A stretch of DNA of 57,659 nt from the sequence record DRR723986_698; one strand, 5' to 3'. The translations under genes and the position numbers were made by a program. This document shows, piece by piece, positions 39,831-49,469 of the stretch. The notes beneath the pieces are model-generated. The model did no database searches. It saw only the letters and a program-made list of their open reading frames with translations, and was not told the origin of the DNA. The stretch's first letter is position 1. Every line of letters starts with the position of its first letter.

Positions 39831-40823
39831 TCAGGCATTCACGTCGACGACGACACGGCCCTTGACCTGGCCTTTCAGGATGTCGGCACCAAGCGCCGGC
39901 AGGTCTTCAAGGGTTGCCGGGTGGATCATCGCTTCCAGCTTGTCCATCGGCAGGTCTTTCGCCAGCCGTTCCCAGGCTTTCAGGCGGCCGTCATACGGCT
40001 TCATGACGCTGTCGATGCCCAGCAGGTTGACGCCGCGCAGCAGGAACGGGATGACGGTTGCCGGCAGATTGGCGCCGCCTGCAAGGCCGACGGCTGCAAC
40101 GGATGCGCCGTATTTCATCTGGCCGAGAACACGTGCGAGCATCGGACCGCCGACGGCATCGATGCAGCCCGCCCAGGTTTCGCTTTCCAGGGGGCGCTTG
40201 ACCGTTTCGGCAACGTCATCGCGCGGCACCACGCGGGCGGCGCCAAGAGACTTCAGGTAATCCCAGGTGCTCTCGCGTCCGGTGACGGCGGCAACCTCGT
40301 AGCCGAGATTGGCCAGAATGGCGGTTGCGACGGAGCCGACGCCGCCAGCGGCACCGGTGACCAGCACTGGCCCGTTTTCCGGCTTCAGCCCGTGCTCCTC
40401 AAGCGCCATGACCGCAAGCATGGCCGTGAAGCCGGCTGTGCCGATCGCCATGGCGTTACGCGTGGTCAAACCTTCCGGCAATGGGACGAGCCACTCGCCC
40501 TTTACCCGTACCTTCTGGGCGTAGCCGCCCCACCAGGCTTCGCCGACGCGCCAGCCGGTCAGCACCACCTTGTCTCCCGGCTTGTACCAGTCGTCGGAGC
40601 TTTCCTCGACGGTTCCGGCAAAGTCGATGCCGGGCACATGCGGATAGTTTCGAACCAGTCCTCCTCCCGGGCCAAGGCACAGGCCGTCCTTGTAGTTGAG
40701 TGTGGAATATTCCACGGCAACGGTGACATCGGCTTCCGGCAACCGGCTCACGTCGATGTTCTCAATCGAGGCGTGGGTTTTGCCGTCTTCGTCCTTGTCG
40801 ACAATCAGTGCCTTGAAGGTCAT
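39831..40823 (-). CDS. acuI: Acryloyl-CoA reductase (YhdH/MDR family)
   Basis: YSTLNYKDGL, VPGIDFAG, AMAIGTAGFTAML, TGAAGGVGS, PFLLRGVNLLGIDSV. Confidence 0.9.
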   Translation of the reverse strand: MTFKALIVDKDEDGKTHASIENIDVSRLPEADVTVAVEYSTLNYKDGLCLGPGGGLVRNYPHVPGIDFAGTVEESSDDWYKPGDKVVLTGWRVGEAWWGGYAQKVRVKGEWLVPLPEGLTTRNAMAIGTAGFTAMLAVMALEEHGLKPENGPVLVTGAAGGVGSVATAILANLGYEVAAVTGRESTWDYLKSLGAARVVPRDDVAETVKRPLESETWAGCIDAVGGPMLARVLGQMKYGASVAAVGLAGGANLPATVIPFLLRGVNLLGIDSVMKPYDGRLKAWERLAKDLPMDKLEAMIHPATLEDLPALGADILKGQVKGRVVVDVNA

Positions 40824-40848
40824 GAGCTGTTCCCTTTTCTCTTCGGTT

Positions 40849-41475
40849 TCAGGCGGCGGCTTCCGCCGCCGGGCCGGACCAGTCGATCTGGCAGATTTCA
40901 GCACTTCTGCCGTCAAAATCCCAGACCCTGCCGTAAGCGCGCACGCGGCCTTGCGTGGCGGTGGCGACCGTGATGTCCGAACCCATCCAGTATTCGGTGT
41001 TCTTGACGACGATATCCTCGTCCGGATTGGCGCCGCGCACAGGCTCCACCTCGCCCTTGATCGCCTTGCCGACGATCAGGCGGCGTTTCTTGCCTTCGTT
41101 GGTGTAGGAGACGGGGGCACGTTCGGCGCCCAGAAACTCGCTGACCAGAACCCGGAACAGGCCGGTGGTGCCCTTGGCCTGGCCGGAGAAGATCTTGATC
41201 AATCCGTCATAGGCCGCTTCGCTGGCGCGCTCGTCGATATAGGCGGCGGCCTTCCAGTTGCCGCGGGCCATCAGGCCCGGAATTTCCAGAACGAGGCCGA
41301 CATTGAGGCCGGAGAGGTCCTCGCCCTCATAGTGGCCTTCGTCAATGCGCACACCGGCCCAGGCCTGGCAGTAACCCTCTGTGGGCGGGTGCTTGCCGAG
41401 TGATACCACGCAGGGGCAGAAGACGGTGCAATTGCAGTTGAGGATCAGTTCTCCTCTGATGGCCCAGCCGGACAT
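40849..41475 (-). CDS. DUF1326 family Cys-rich protein
   Basis: NCNCTVFCPC...PTEGYC, LSGL, YIDERA, IFSG. Confidence 0.85.
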   Translation of the reverse strand: MSGWAIRGELILNCNCTVFCPCVVSLGKHPPTEGYCQAWAGVRIDEGHYEGEDLSGLNVGLVLEIPGLMARGNWKAAAYIDERASEAAYDGLIKIFSGQAKGTTGLFRVLVSEFLGAERAPVSYTNEGKKRRLIVGKAIKGEVEPVRGANPDEDIVVKNTEYWMGSDITVATATQGRVRAYGRVWDFDGRSAEICQIDWSGPAAEAAA

Positions 41476-41485
41476 GATTTTCTCC

Positions 41486-42301
41486 CTATATGGTTATTGG
41501 TAATAACGGCAGAACCAGAACGACCAGTCCGGCCAGAATGAGGAAAACGCCGATCGGCGCGGTAAGTTTCGCGCCGATGTCGGGAAGTTTTTCCAGTGTC
41601 ATCAGCACCATGGCGCCTCCCATGAAGGCGAGATTCATGGTGCCGGCGACAAAGGCAAGCAACATCAATGCCCAGCAACAGCCAAGGCAGACGGCGCCAA
41701 GCCTGAGGCCGAGCGAAAGCCCGCCTCGGGCACCCGGTTGCCAATGGCTGAAGAAAAAGGTCAACGGGTTCCGGCAGGAGCTGAGGCAGGCCTGCTTGAG
41801 GCGGCTGAACTGATAAGCCCCTGCCAACAGCAACAGGGCTGCGTTCAACGGGTTGGAAACGGATTTGCCGAATGGATCGAGCAGGTTCTGTCCCGCCAGC
41901 CAGACCTGAAGAGAACCGGCCAGAAGCGAAAATCCGAGCCAGACAGCCAGATACCCACCCACAAGCGCGGCCAGCGGCAAGATGCCTGCGGCGGCTGTCT
42001 GTGTCAGCTGCGCATAGGTGCGAAAAGCTGGAAAGGCTGTTGGTGCCATCATCGCCAGGGCCATCAGGGCCCACATGAGGGCGGCGACCCCGAAGCCGGC
42101 ATTGGCGGCTGTTGCCGAGCACAGGGACAGGAATGCCTCCAGCGGCTGCCCGATGGGGAGCCTGGTAAGCTGCCAGTCCGTGGTTTCCCTCAGGCCGCCT
42201 GCCTGCATGGCGAACAGGACGGCCCAGGCCACCAGAATGGCGGCATAAAAGGTCAGCCAGAACGCTCTGTGGCCAGGCATGAGCCGCGCAACGGTGTCCA
42301 C
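41486..42301 (-). CDS. DUF2182 predicted metal-binding membrane protein
   Basis: WALMALAMMAP, GYLAVW, YQFSRLKQACLSSCRNP, CLGCCWALM, MNL, LEK; GGAGG RBS, GTG start. Confidence 0.87.
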   Translation of the reverse strand: MDTVARLMPGHRAFWLTFYAAILVAWAVLFAMQAGGLRETTDWQLTRLPIGQPLEAFLSLCSATAANAGFGVAALMWALMALAMMAPTAFPAFRTYAQLTQTAAAGILPLAALVGGYLAVWLGFSLLAGSLQVWLAGQNLLDPFGKSVSNPLNAALLLLAGAYQFSRLKQACLSSCRNPLTFFFSHWQPGARGGLSLGLRLGAVCLGCCWALMLLAFVAGTMNLAFMGGAMVLMTLEKLPDIGAKLTAPIGVFLILAGLVVLVLPLLPITI

Positions 42302-42351
42302 CCGATCCTCCCGATAAATTTTCGCCTAGGCTGCGGGGGCAGTCTCTAAAA

Positions 42352-42393
42352 GTCAAACATTTAATTGTCAGACATTTAAACAATTTGTTTGAC
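42352..42393. promoter_or_regulatory. GntR/FadR-type operator region
   Basis: Central near-palindrome TTAATTGTCAGACATTTAA flanked by inverted GTCAAACA/TGTTTGAC. Confidence 0.65.
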
Positions 42394-42450
42394 CGTGTCG
42401 GGTCGTCTCTTTAGGTTTGCCGGGGTTCAGGCGAAAATTCGGAGGTTCTT

Positions 42451-43182
42451 TTGGCGATTGAATTCAACACGATTCAAAAAGAGGGCCTTTCGGTCCAGAT
42501 CGCCAATGCCATCCGCAATGCCATTCTCGAAGGCCGCCTTGCCGGTGAGGAACGCCTTCCGAGCGAAGCCGATCTGGCGGAGCGCTTCGGTGTGTCGCGG
42601 TCGACTGTTCGCGAGGCCTTGAAACGGCTTGCCGCCCAGAACCTTATCCGCAGCGAGCGGGGTTCTTCCGGTGGGGCTTTCGTCAATCGCATGACCTGGG
42701 CCGAAGCTCAGGACAACCTGATGACGACCACGCGGCTCCTGATCGGCATGAACGACATTCCGCTGGAAGACGCCATCGAGGCCCGCTTTGCGCTGGAAGC
42801 TGCCGCGCTGCCGCTGGCGGCGGAAAAACGCACCGAGGACCAGCTGTCCGAACTTGCCCGCGAAATTTCCCGGCAGAGAAACCGTGACACAAGCGACGAG
42901 GACTTTTGCGCGTCGGACGTCGCCTTTCATTCGGCCGTGGCGCGGGCAACGGACAACCCGATCCTGGTTTTCCAGTTGTCGGCCGCCTTCGAGGCGATGC
43001 AGCCACTCATGAACATGCTGGTCTACCGCCTGCGCGACCGCGAACGGATCGCCGATCTGCATCAGGCCCTGGCCGATGCGCTGGCCGCGCGCGACGGCAC
43101 CGCTGCGGCACAACATCTTGGTGCCTTGTCGGCCTATACGCGGGAACTGGCGGCGCAAAGGCGCAAGCCGCGCAGCGCATAA
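42451..43182 (+). CDS. GntR/FadR family regulator (DmdR-like)
   Basis: RLPSEADLAERFGVSRSTVREALKRL; FCD domain DVAFH...DNP...H; GGAGG RBS, TTG start. Confidence 0.9.
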   Translation: MAIEFNTIQKEGLSVQIANAIRNAILEGRLAGEERLPSEADLAERFGVSRSTVREALKRLAAQNLIRSERGSSGGAFVNRMTWAEAQDNLMTTTRLLIGMNDIPLEDAIEARFALEAAALPLAAEKRTEDQLSELAREISRQRNRDTSDEDFCASDVAFHSAVARATDNPILVFQLSAAFEAMQPLMNMLVYRLRDRERIADLHQALADALAARDGTAAAQHLGALSAYTRELAAQRRKPRSA

Positions 43183-43515
43183 CGCCCCTTTTCAGGGATG
43201 TCTGTCCTTATCCATGCGAAGCTGGTAGGCGATTTCTGTCGCGCCCAAGCCTGAAAGCCAAGTCATGTCAGAGACTTGCCGAATAAGTAACTCTACGGCA
43301 TTGTTCAATCTCATCCTAAAGTCTAATATAGACGAAAGTCGAAGTTCGAATCGTGGCGAATTTGCCTCCCACGTCTGCCGAGACGGTCACCGGATGCGCC
43401 ATCTGTTTGAAAAGGTCGGCTTTTGTACGCCCGGTCACCCCTGGCCGGGCGTACAGGTCTGAACAGAGCTTGCGCCTGCGTGGCAGGAGCGCTCTTCACC
43501 ATAGGGAGCAGTGCC

Positions 43516-43662
43516 ATGAAATTCTGGAGCATCGCCGTCGTCGCCATGATCCTCGCCGGTGTCGCCGCCACCAAGGCCGCCAACCCCAGCCATGCCCTGA
43601 CCGACGGCTCCGTCGCCACCGGCATCCCGGTCACGACGCTGCACACGCCGGTCACGCCGTAA
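43516..43662 (+). CDS. 48-aa putative secreted peptide
   Basis: AGGGAG RBS; nearly all third codon positions are G/C; signal-like N-terminus. Confidence 0.7.
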   Translation: MKFWSIAVVAMILAGVAATKAANPSHALTDGSVATGIPVTTLHTPVTP

Positions 43663-44085
43663 GGCAACCGACAAACGTTCGGCGTAGGCGCCCTTTGCCT
43701 GCGCGCCAAGACTTGTTTTATGAAACCTGCTTAGGCTGCATCCTCTGTGCGCAGCCTTCTTCCGCCTTTCAGCCGAGATAGATCTGAAGGGCGTGTGCCC
43801 TGATCTCCGGATTGCTTGCAGGTTTCGTTGAGATGGCCTTTGCGATTTCTTCCGCAAGGCGTAGGGCAAGCTCTTTAAAGTCACATTCAGTAAACTCGGA
43901 GCGTTCTGTTTCGATCATCAACGCCTCAGCAGGCTCAATGGCCTGCCAATAGACCTCGCAGTCGCCAGCTTCCATACCGAGCCGAGCGCATCTTTAAGCG
44001 ATGCGAGACATAATCACGCCCATTGGAAACAGGTTCTGTTTCGAGCTTTCTGGATCTTCCAGATTTTTTGAAATGTTGAGAAAAC

Positions 44086-44162
44086 TGGTGACCCCGGCGC
44101 GATTCGAACGCGCGACCCTCAGATTAGGAATCTGATGCTCTATCCTGCTGAGCTACGGGGCC
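44086..44162 (-). tRNA. tRNA-Arg(CCT)
   Basis: GGCCCCGTAGCTCAGCAGGATAGAGCA-TCAGA-TTCCTAA-TCTGA-GGGTC-GCGCG-TTCGAAT-CGCGC-CGGGGTCA-CCA, 77-nt cloverleaf. Confidence 0.97.
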
Positions 44163-44499
44163 TTTATGCGGTCGATTAGCATGATTTGACGTCCGTGGCG
44201 ACCCCCGGCTGCAACAGACTGTCGTTGCCGATGGGGATTGTTTGTCGAGGAAGCCGGTGCACGGCGAGGGGGATGCTGACGCGCCTTGGGGCTGCTCCCG
44301 CGTTGTCCTGATTTTTACTGCCGTTTTACTGGCATGTCTTGGACTTGCCTTATTCGCTGCTTAGCAGTTTGGATCATCGTGACCGCTTTTTCAGCCTTGC
44401 CCGATGCCATGCATGTTGTCGGGTGACGTGTGCCTTGCGCTGCCTGCCTGCAGGAAGCGTTCCGGAAAAAGGTCGCGTAACAAGGTGAAGGAAACGGAC

Positions 44500-45444
44500 G
44501 TGCCACAGTGGCGACAGAAAACGGGATGGAGAAAGGCCGGGCAGGTGACAACCCTGCGCATGGCTGCCGCTCCGTTGCTTGCCGGCTGTGCTGCCGTTCT
44601 GCTGACCCAGGCCGTTGCCGCTGACGAGCGCGCGCGGGTGGAGCGCCCGGAAACATCCGTGGCCGCCGATGTTTGCGCCGGGGTGCGGGAACAAACCGTT
44701 CAGGTGACCTTCGACAGCAGTGAAGCCTTGTTCGTGTCCGCTGCCGGAGACCGCTTCCTTGCGAGCGATATCCAGATGCCGATGCAGGCGTCAGGACAGG
44801 CGGGCGGCGAAGAAGTCGGCCGGAACACCTTGCAAGCCTATCTGGAAAGTCGGCCTGATTTGGAGCTGGCCGCAGTCGCGGTGGGGCCGGAAAACCGCTG
44901 GGGGCTAACGCCCGGCTGGGTGTTCGTTTCGGATGATGGCAATTTCGGGCTTCTGCAGGAACAGCTTTTGAAGGCAGGCGTTGCCATTTTTGCGCCGGGT
45001 CATGCCGGAGCGGAGTGCGCAGACGCCTTGCGGACCGCGGAAACGCAGGCAAGCCTGGCGCGAGCGGGCCTTTGGGGCGAGACATCGCCGCGTCTTGTCT
45101 ATTCCGCAGCCGCGCCGAAGTCTTTCAGCGACGCTTCCGGGCACTATGTTATTGCAAGAGGACGTATTGTTTCCCTTGGAAAAACGCGCAGCACCCGTTA
45201 TCTGAACTTCGGAAAATACTGGAAAACAGATTTCACGGTCACGCTGAAGGCTTCAGCTGAGGACGACGTCAACACGGCCCTCGGGCGATCCGGCTGGACG
45301 CTGGATGCCCTGGAAGGGCAGGTTGTCGAAATACGCGGCTCCGTCCAGGAAAGGGACGGACCGTCTATGGTGCTCCGCCATCCGGAGCAACTGGTGGTAC
45401 TGAATGACAAAAGGGCAGGACGTGACGGCCAAAGCAGCAACTGA
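44500..45444 (+). CDS. Thermonuclease (SNase)-like exported protein with C-terminal OB-like region
   Basis: LQEQLLKAGVA...AETQA...RAGLWG (SNase C-terminal pattern); YLNFG.YW.TDF; start uncertain. Confidence 0.7.
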   Translation: MPQWRQKTGWRKAGQVTTLRMAAAPLLAGCAAVLLTQAVAADERARVERPETSVAADVCAGVREQTVQVTFDSSEALFVSAAGDRFLASDIQMPMQASGQAGGEEVGRNTLQAYLESRPDLELAAVAVGPENRWGLTPGWVFVSDDGNFGLLQEQLLKAGVAIFAPGHAGAECADALRTAETQASLARAGLWGETSPRLVYSAAAPKSFSDASGHYVIARGRIVSLGKTRSTRYLNFGKYWKTDFTVTLKASAEDDVNTALGRSGWTLDALEGQVVEIRGSVQERDGPSMVLRHPEQLVVLNDKRAGRDGQSSN

Positions 45445-46930
45445 TTTCCGTCAGCCGGCATGTTTGCCCGCACGGCGCGGCCTGCGCCGGACCTGGCTGC
45501 GCAACCTTGTTGCAGGCGGTTCCGCGCTTCTGGTGGCTTCCTGCCAGCTGCTTGGCGACGGACCGACCGTCGGCACGGTAACGCCCGGTACACTGCGCCC
45601 CAACCTTGCGGCCGATATCGGTGAGCGCGAGCACCCGCGCGTGGTGGCCACCTATGGCGGTGTCTACAAGGACGCCGGCGCGGAGCGGGCTGTTGCGAGC
45701 GTTGTCGGCCGGCTGGTGGCGGCATCGGAAGACCCCTCGCAGAGCTACAAGATCACCATTTTGAATTCGCCGGCCATCAACGCCTTCGCCTTGCCGGGCG
45801 GCTATCTTTATGTCACGCGCGGTCTGCTCGCCCTTGCCAACGACACGTCGGAAGTTGCCGCCGTGCTGGCGCACGAGATGGCGCATGTGACGGCGAACCA
45901 CGCAATCAAGCGCCAGCAACGCGCCGAAGCCAAGCAGCTTGCCAACAAGATCCTGACCGACGTGGTGCAGGACAGCGAGGAAGCCCGCAAGGCGATCATC
46001 TCGTCGCAGCTTTCCTTTGCCCGCTTCAGCCAGGTGCAGGAGCTTGAAGCCGACGATATCGGTGTGAAGACCCTTGCAAGGGCCGGTTTCGACCCCTATG
46101 CCGCTGCACGGTTCCTGCGGTCCATGGCAGCCTTCGCCCGCTACCAGTCCGCCGACAAGTCGGGCTCGACCGCGCCAGACTTCCTGTCTTCCCACCCTTC
46201 CACGCCGGAGCGCTTGCAGATCGCCATCCGCGCGGCCCGGCAGATCGGTGCACCGGGCATCGGCGAACGTGACCGCACCCGCTATCTCAGCCAGATCGAC
46301 GGCATGCTGTTCGGCGACGACCCGCTTGAAGGCTTCGTCCGTGGACGTTCCTTCCTGCACAAGGCGCTCGGCATCAGCTACACCGTGCCTTCCGGCTACA
46401 TTCTGGAAAACACGCCCGAAGCAGTTCTGGCCAGCAATGGCGACGGCACGGCGATCCGGTTCGACGGGGCAGATGTCAGCAGCTATTCCGGCCTGCGTGA
46501 TTACATGAACTCCGGCTGGATCAACGGACTGCTGCCCGAAAGCGTCCGCGAAACGACGATCAACGGCCTGCCGGCGGTTACCGGGGCGGCCATCACCCAG
46601 GGCTGGTCCTTCCGCATCGCAGTGATCCGGATCGGCAAGACAGGGTATCGCTTCATCTTCGCCAGCCGCTCGCCCAATGAAACGTTCGACCGGGATTTCC
46701 ACCAGACGGTGGAAAGCTTCCAGCAGCTGTCGCCGACCGAGCGTGCCCGCCTGCGCTCGCTCCGGATCAAGGTCGTCACCTCCAAGCCGGGCGACACACC
46801 GCGGAAACTGGCGATCGGCATGAGCGGTGTCGAGCCTTCACGGCGACTGGAATTCTTCTCCATCCTGAACGACCTGAACGCCGATCAGGCGATCCCGACA
46901 GGCACGGCGATCAAGCTGATCGTCGACTGA
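45404..46930 (+). CDS. M48 family metalloprotease, probable lipoprotein, LysM-like C-terminus
   Basis: LVASC lipobox, NAFALPGG, AHEMAH, QELEAD, LSSHP; start uncertain. Confidence 0.9.
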   Translation: MTKGQDVTAKAATDFRQPACLPARRGLRRTWLRNLVAGGSALLVASCQLLGDGPTVGTVTPGTLRPNLAADIGEREHPRVVATYGGVYKDAGAERAVASVVGRLVAASEDPSQSYKITILNSPAINAFALPGGYLYVTRGLLALANDTSEVAAVLAHEMAHVTANHAIKRQQRAEAKQLANKILTDVVQDSEEARKAIISSQLSFARFSQVQELEADDIGVKTLARAGFDPYAAARFLRSMAAFARYQSADKSGSTAPDFLSSHPSTPERLQIAIRAARQIGAPGIGERDRTRYLSQIDGMLFGDDPLEGFVRGRSFLHKALGISYTVPSGYILENTPEAVLASNGDGTAIRFDGADVSSYSGLRDYMNSGWINGLLPESVRETTINGLPAVTGAAITQGWSFRIAVIRIGKTGYRFIFASRSPNETFDRDFHQTVESFQQLSPTERARLRSLRIKVVTSKPGDTPRKLAIGMSGVEPSRRLEFFSILNDLNADQAIPTGTAIKLIVD

Positions 46931-46986
46931 CGGTTTTTCTCCCGGTTCGGCTCCGGCATTTGTCTGGCTGAAAACTGACGCAGCTC

Positions 46987-47013
46987 AAAAAAAGGCGGAC
47001 CGGAAGGTCCGCC
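46987..47013 (-). terminator. Terminator after rpoH
   Basis: GGCGGACC-TTCC-GGTCCGCC followed by T7 on the minus strand. Confidence 0.75.
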
Positions 47014-47041
47014 CGTCAGAGTTACTTGGAGGAGATAGAGG

Positions 47042-47905
47042 TCAGGTGCTGTAGGCGGCCCTGTCCGGCTGTGCTGCCAACAGGGCGGATTTCAGTTTTT
47101 CCATGGCCCGGCTTTCAATCTGCCGCACGCGTTCCTTGGAAATGCCGAGTTTCACGCCAAGCGATTCCAGCGTGGCGCCCTCTTCCGACAGGCGTCTTTC
47201 ACGCACGATCTTCAATTCGCGCTCGCTGAGAACCTCCAGGGCGGAAGACAGCCAGCGCCGGCGGCGTTCGGCATCGATGTTGACGGTCACGATCTCGTCC
47301 GGCAACGGGGCATCGGACACAAGGAAGTCCTGACGGTCCGCGCTGGAGCCTTCGCTGTCGGTTACGGGGGCGTTCAGGGAGGTATCAGGGCCGGACAGCC
47401 GCGCATTCATGAGGGCGACGTCGGACTGCTTGACGCCGATTGCGTCGGCGATCTTCTGGTGAAGCTCGCTGTCGGTCAGAGGAGTCTGATTGCCGGAGAG
47501 CTTGGCGCGCAGGCGCCGAAGGTTGAAGAACAGGGCTTTCTGGGAGGAAGAGGTGCCACCGCGAACGATCGACCAGTTGCGCAGGATATAGTCCTGGATG
47601 GAGGCGCGGATCCACCATGTGGCATAGGTGGAAAAGCGCACTTCCCGTTCCGGTTCGAACCGGGCGGCGGCCTCCAGAAGACCAACATGGCCTTCCTGGA
47701 TCAGATCGCCAAGCGACAGCCCGAAGTTGCGGAAGCGTGAGGCAACGGCAATGACCAGGCGCATGTGCGAGAGCGACAATTTCTCAAGCGCTTTCTCATC
47801 CCGGTTATGTCGCCAGCGGATCGCAAGCTCCAGTTCCTCTTCGCGCGTGAGGTAGGGGGCTTTCATCGCGGCCCTTACCAGTTGACGTTTCTCGCTCTGG
47901 GACAT
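47042..47905 (-). CDS. rpoH: RNA polymerase sigma-32 factor (RpoH2-like)
   Basis: DLIQEG, RFSTYATWWI, RpoH box QKALFFNLRR, SKERVRQIE. Confidence 0.9.
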   Translation of the reverse strand: MSQSEKRQLVRAAMKAPYLTREEELELAIRWRHNRDEKALEKLSLSHMRLVIAVASRFRNFGLSLGDLIQEGHVGLLEAAARFEPEREVRFSTYATWWIRASIQDYILRNWSIVRGGTSSSQKALFFNLRRLRAKLSGNQTPLTDSELHQKIADAIGVKQSDVALMNARLSGPDTSLNAPVTDSEGSSADRQDFLVSDAPLPDEIVTVNIDAERRRRWLSSALEVLSERELKIVRERRLSEEGATLESLGVKLGISKERVRQIESRAMEKLKSALLAAQPDRAAYST

Positions 47906-48095
47906 GATCGACGCTCCGATATGTTATCGGGGGAAATACGTACCGAAGCGTAGGTTAGATCACTTATCGCTACCGTTGGGGCAGTTTTTGTGCACTTTCG
48001 CGTGAACAGCGCGCGAGGTGGTGGTGCCAAAACGAATAAGGGCCCGGATTTCTCCAGGCCCTCGTCGATTTTCGCGTTCGGAAAATCCGCTTGGA

Positions 48096-48680
48096 TCAAG
48101 CGGCTTCTTCCTTGTCCTCGTCGTCTTCCGCTGCAGCTTCCTCAGCGGCTTTGATGCGGCTCGGAGATTTTGCCAGGTTCTGTTCGATCTGCTTGACCGC
48201 TTCGGTTTCGGAACATTTGTTCACTGCCGCGATTTCGCGGGCCATACGGTCGAGCGCAGCTTCGTAGAGCTGGCGTTCAGAGTAGGACTGTTCCGGCTGG
48301 TTTTCAGAGCGGAAAAGATCGCGAACCACTTCAGAAATCGCGATCAGGTCGCCGGAGTTGATCTTGGCTTCATATTCCTGAGCGCGGCGGCTCCACATCG
48401 TCCGCTTAACGCGCGGGCGGCCACGAACGGTCTCGAGAGCCTTCTTGACGGCCGCAGGGTCGCCAAGCTTGCGCATGCCGACGGAGGCAATCTTTGCCAC
48501 CGGGACACGAAGGGTCATCTTGTCCTGTTCAAAAACGATAACGAGCAACTCCAAAGAGTGACCTGCAACGTTCTGCTCTTCAATGGCGGTAATCTGGCCG
48601 ACGCCATGCGCCGGATAAACAATGTACTCGCCCGTCTTGAAACCTTGGCGCTGCGCGGTCTTTTTGGTGTTCGTTGCCAT
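48096..48680 (-). CDS. carD: CarD family transcriptional regulator
   Basis: FKTGEYIVYPAHGVG, WSRRAQEY, SYSERQLY. Confidence 0.95.
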   Translation of the reverse strand: MATNTKKTAQRQGFKTGEYIVYPAHGVGQITAIEEQNVAGHSLELLVIVFEQDKMTLRVPVAKIASVGMRKLGDPAAVKKALETVRGRPRVKRTMWSRRAQEYEAKINSGDLIAISEVVRDLFRSENQPEQSYSERQLYEAALDRMAREIAAVNKCSETEAVKQIEQNLAKSPSRIKAAEEAAAEDDEDKEEAA

Positions 48681-49136
48681 ACTCGTATTCTCTCCTGCGC
48701 AGTTGGCGGTCCGGGTTCGGACCGATGACGGACCGCGGTGCGGTCCCCTGTTCTTGTGCGACACGAACCCCGCAGAGCGATCCGTAATGGAACGCCTGTT
48801 GATATGCGGCGTGTCAGGGCTGGTCAGTCGACGTTTTCCACTTTAGAACCTTGATCAGTCATATGAGCTGCCGGGAGCTTGATCTGTCCGGTTGTTGATA
48901 CCCGGGACAGTTTTCAAAGACTCCGTTTTGGGGGTTGTTCTCGTGGTTGGCGACTATCTTCCATGTGTACCACACTTTTGTGGAAAATTAAAGTACTGAG
49001 CTTTGATGGTGCCAAAACACCACAAGGGCCCCGCCCGGTCGCCACGGGCAGGTACCTGAAAAAGATGGAAGAATCGCCGTTTTAAGCAGTTCTTGTTTGT
49101 CTTGCGGCAGTCTGCCGCACAAGCAGTTTTCGCGAA

Positions 49137-49469
49137 TCAGGACGCAGGATTCGGCGAAAAATACTTTTCGAACTTGTTTTCCTTGCCATCAAACTCTTCA
49201 GCGTCCGGCAACGGTTCTTTTTTCTCAGTGATGTTCGGCCACTTCTCAGAGTATTCGGCGTTGACCTCGATCCATTTCTCGAGGCCGGGCTCCGTGTCAG
49301 GCAAAATCGCCTCCGCCGGGCATTCCGGTTCGCAGACGCCGCAGTCGATACATTCGTCCGGATTGATGACGAGGAAATTCTCACCCTCGTAGAAACAGTC
49401 CACCGGGCAGACTTCAACACAGTCGGTGTATTTGCATTTGATGCAATTGTCCGTGACGACGTAGGTCAT
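49137..49469 (-). CDS. fdxA: 7Fe ferredoxin
   Basis: [29 protein letters not shown]. Confidence 0.96.
   Translation of the reverse strand: MTYVVTDNCIKCKYTDCVEVCPVDCFYEGENFLVINPDECIDCGVCEPECPAEAILPDTEPGLEKWIEVNAEYSEKWPNITEKKEPLPDAEEFDGKENKFEKYFSPNPAS

Noticed and set aside
43344-43353. GTTCGAATCG as an att duplicate of the tRNA T-loop
   Set aside because: Only 10 bp, in the wrong orientation for a direct repeat, and no integrase
43769-43975. 68-aa minus-strand ORF next to the tRNA
   Set aside because: No clear RBS, atypical codon use and no motif; may be a gene fragment but cannot be supported
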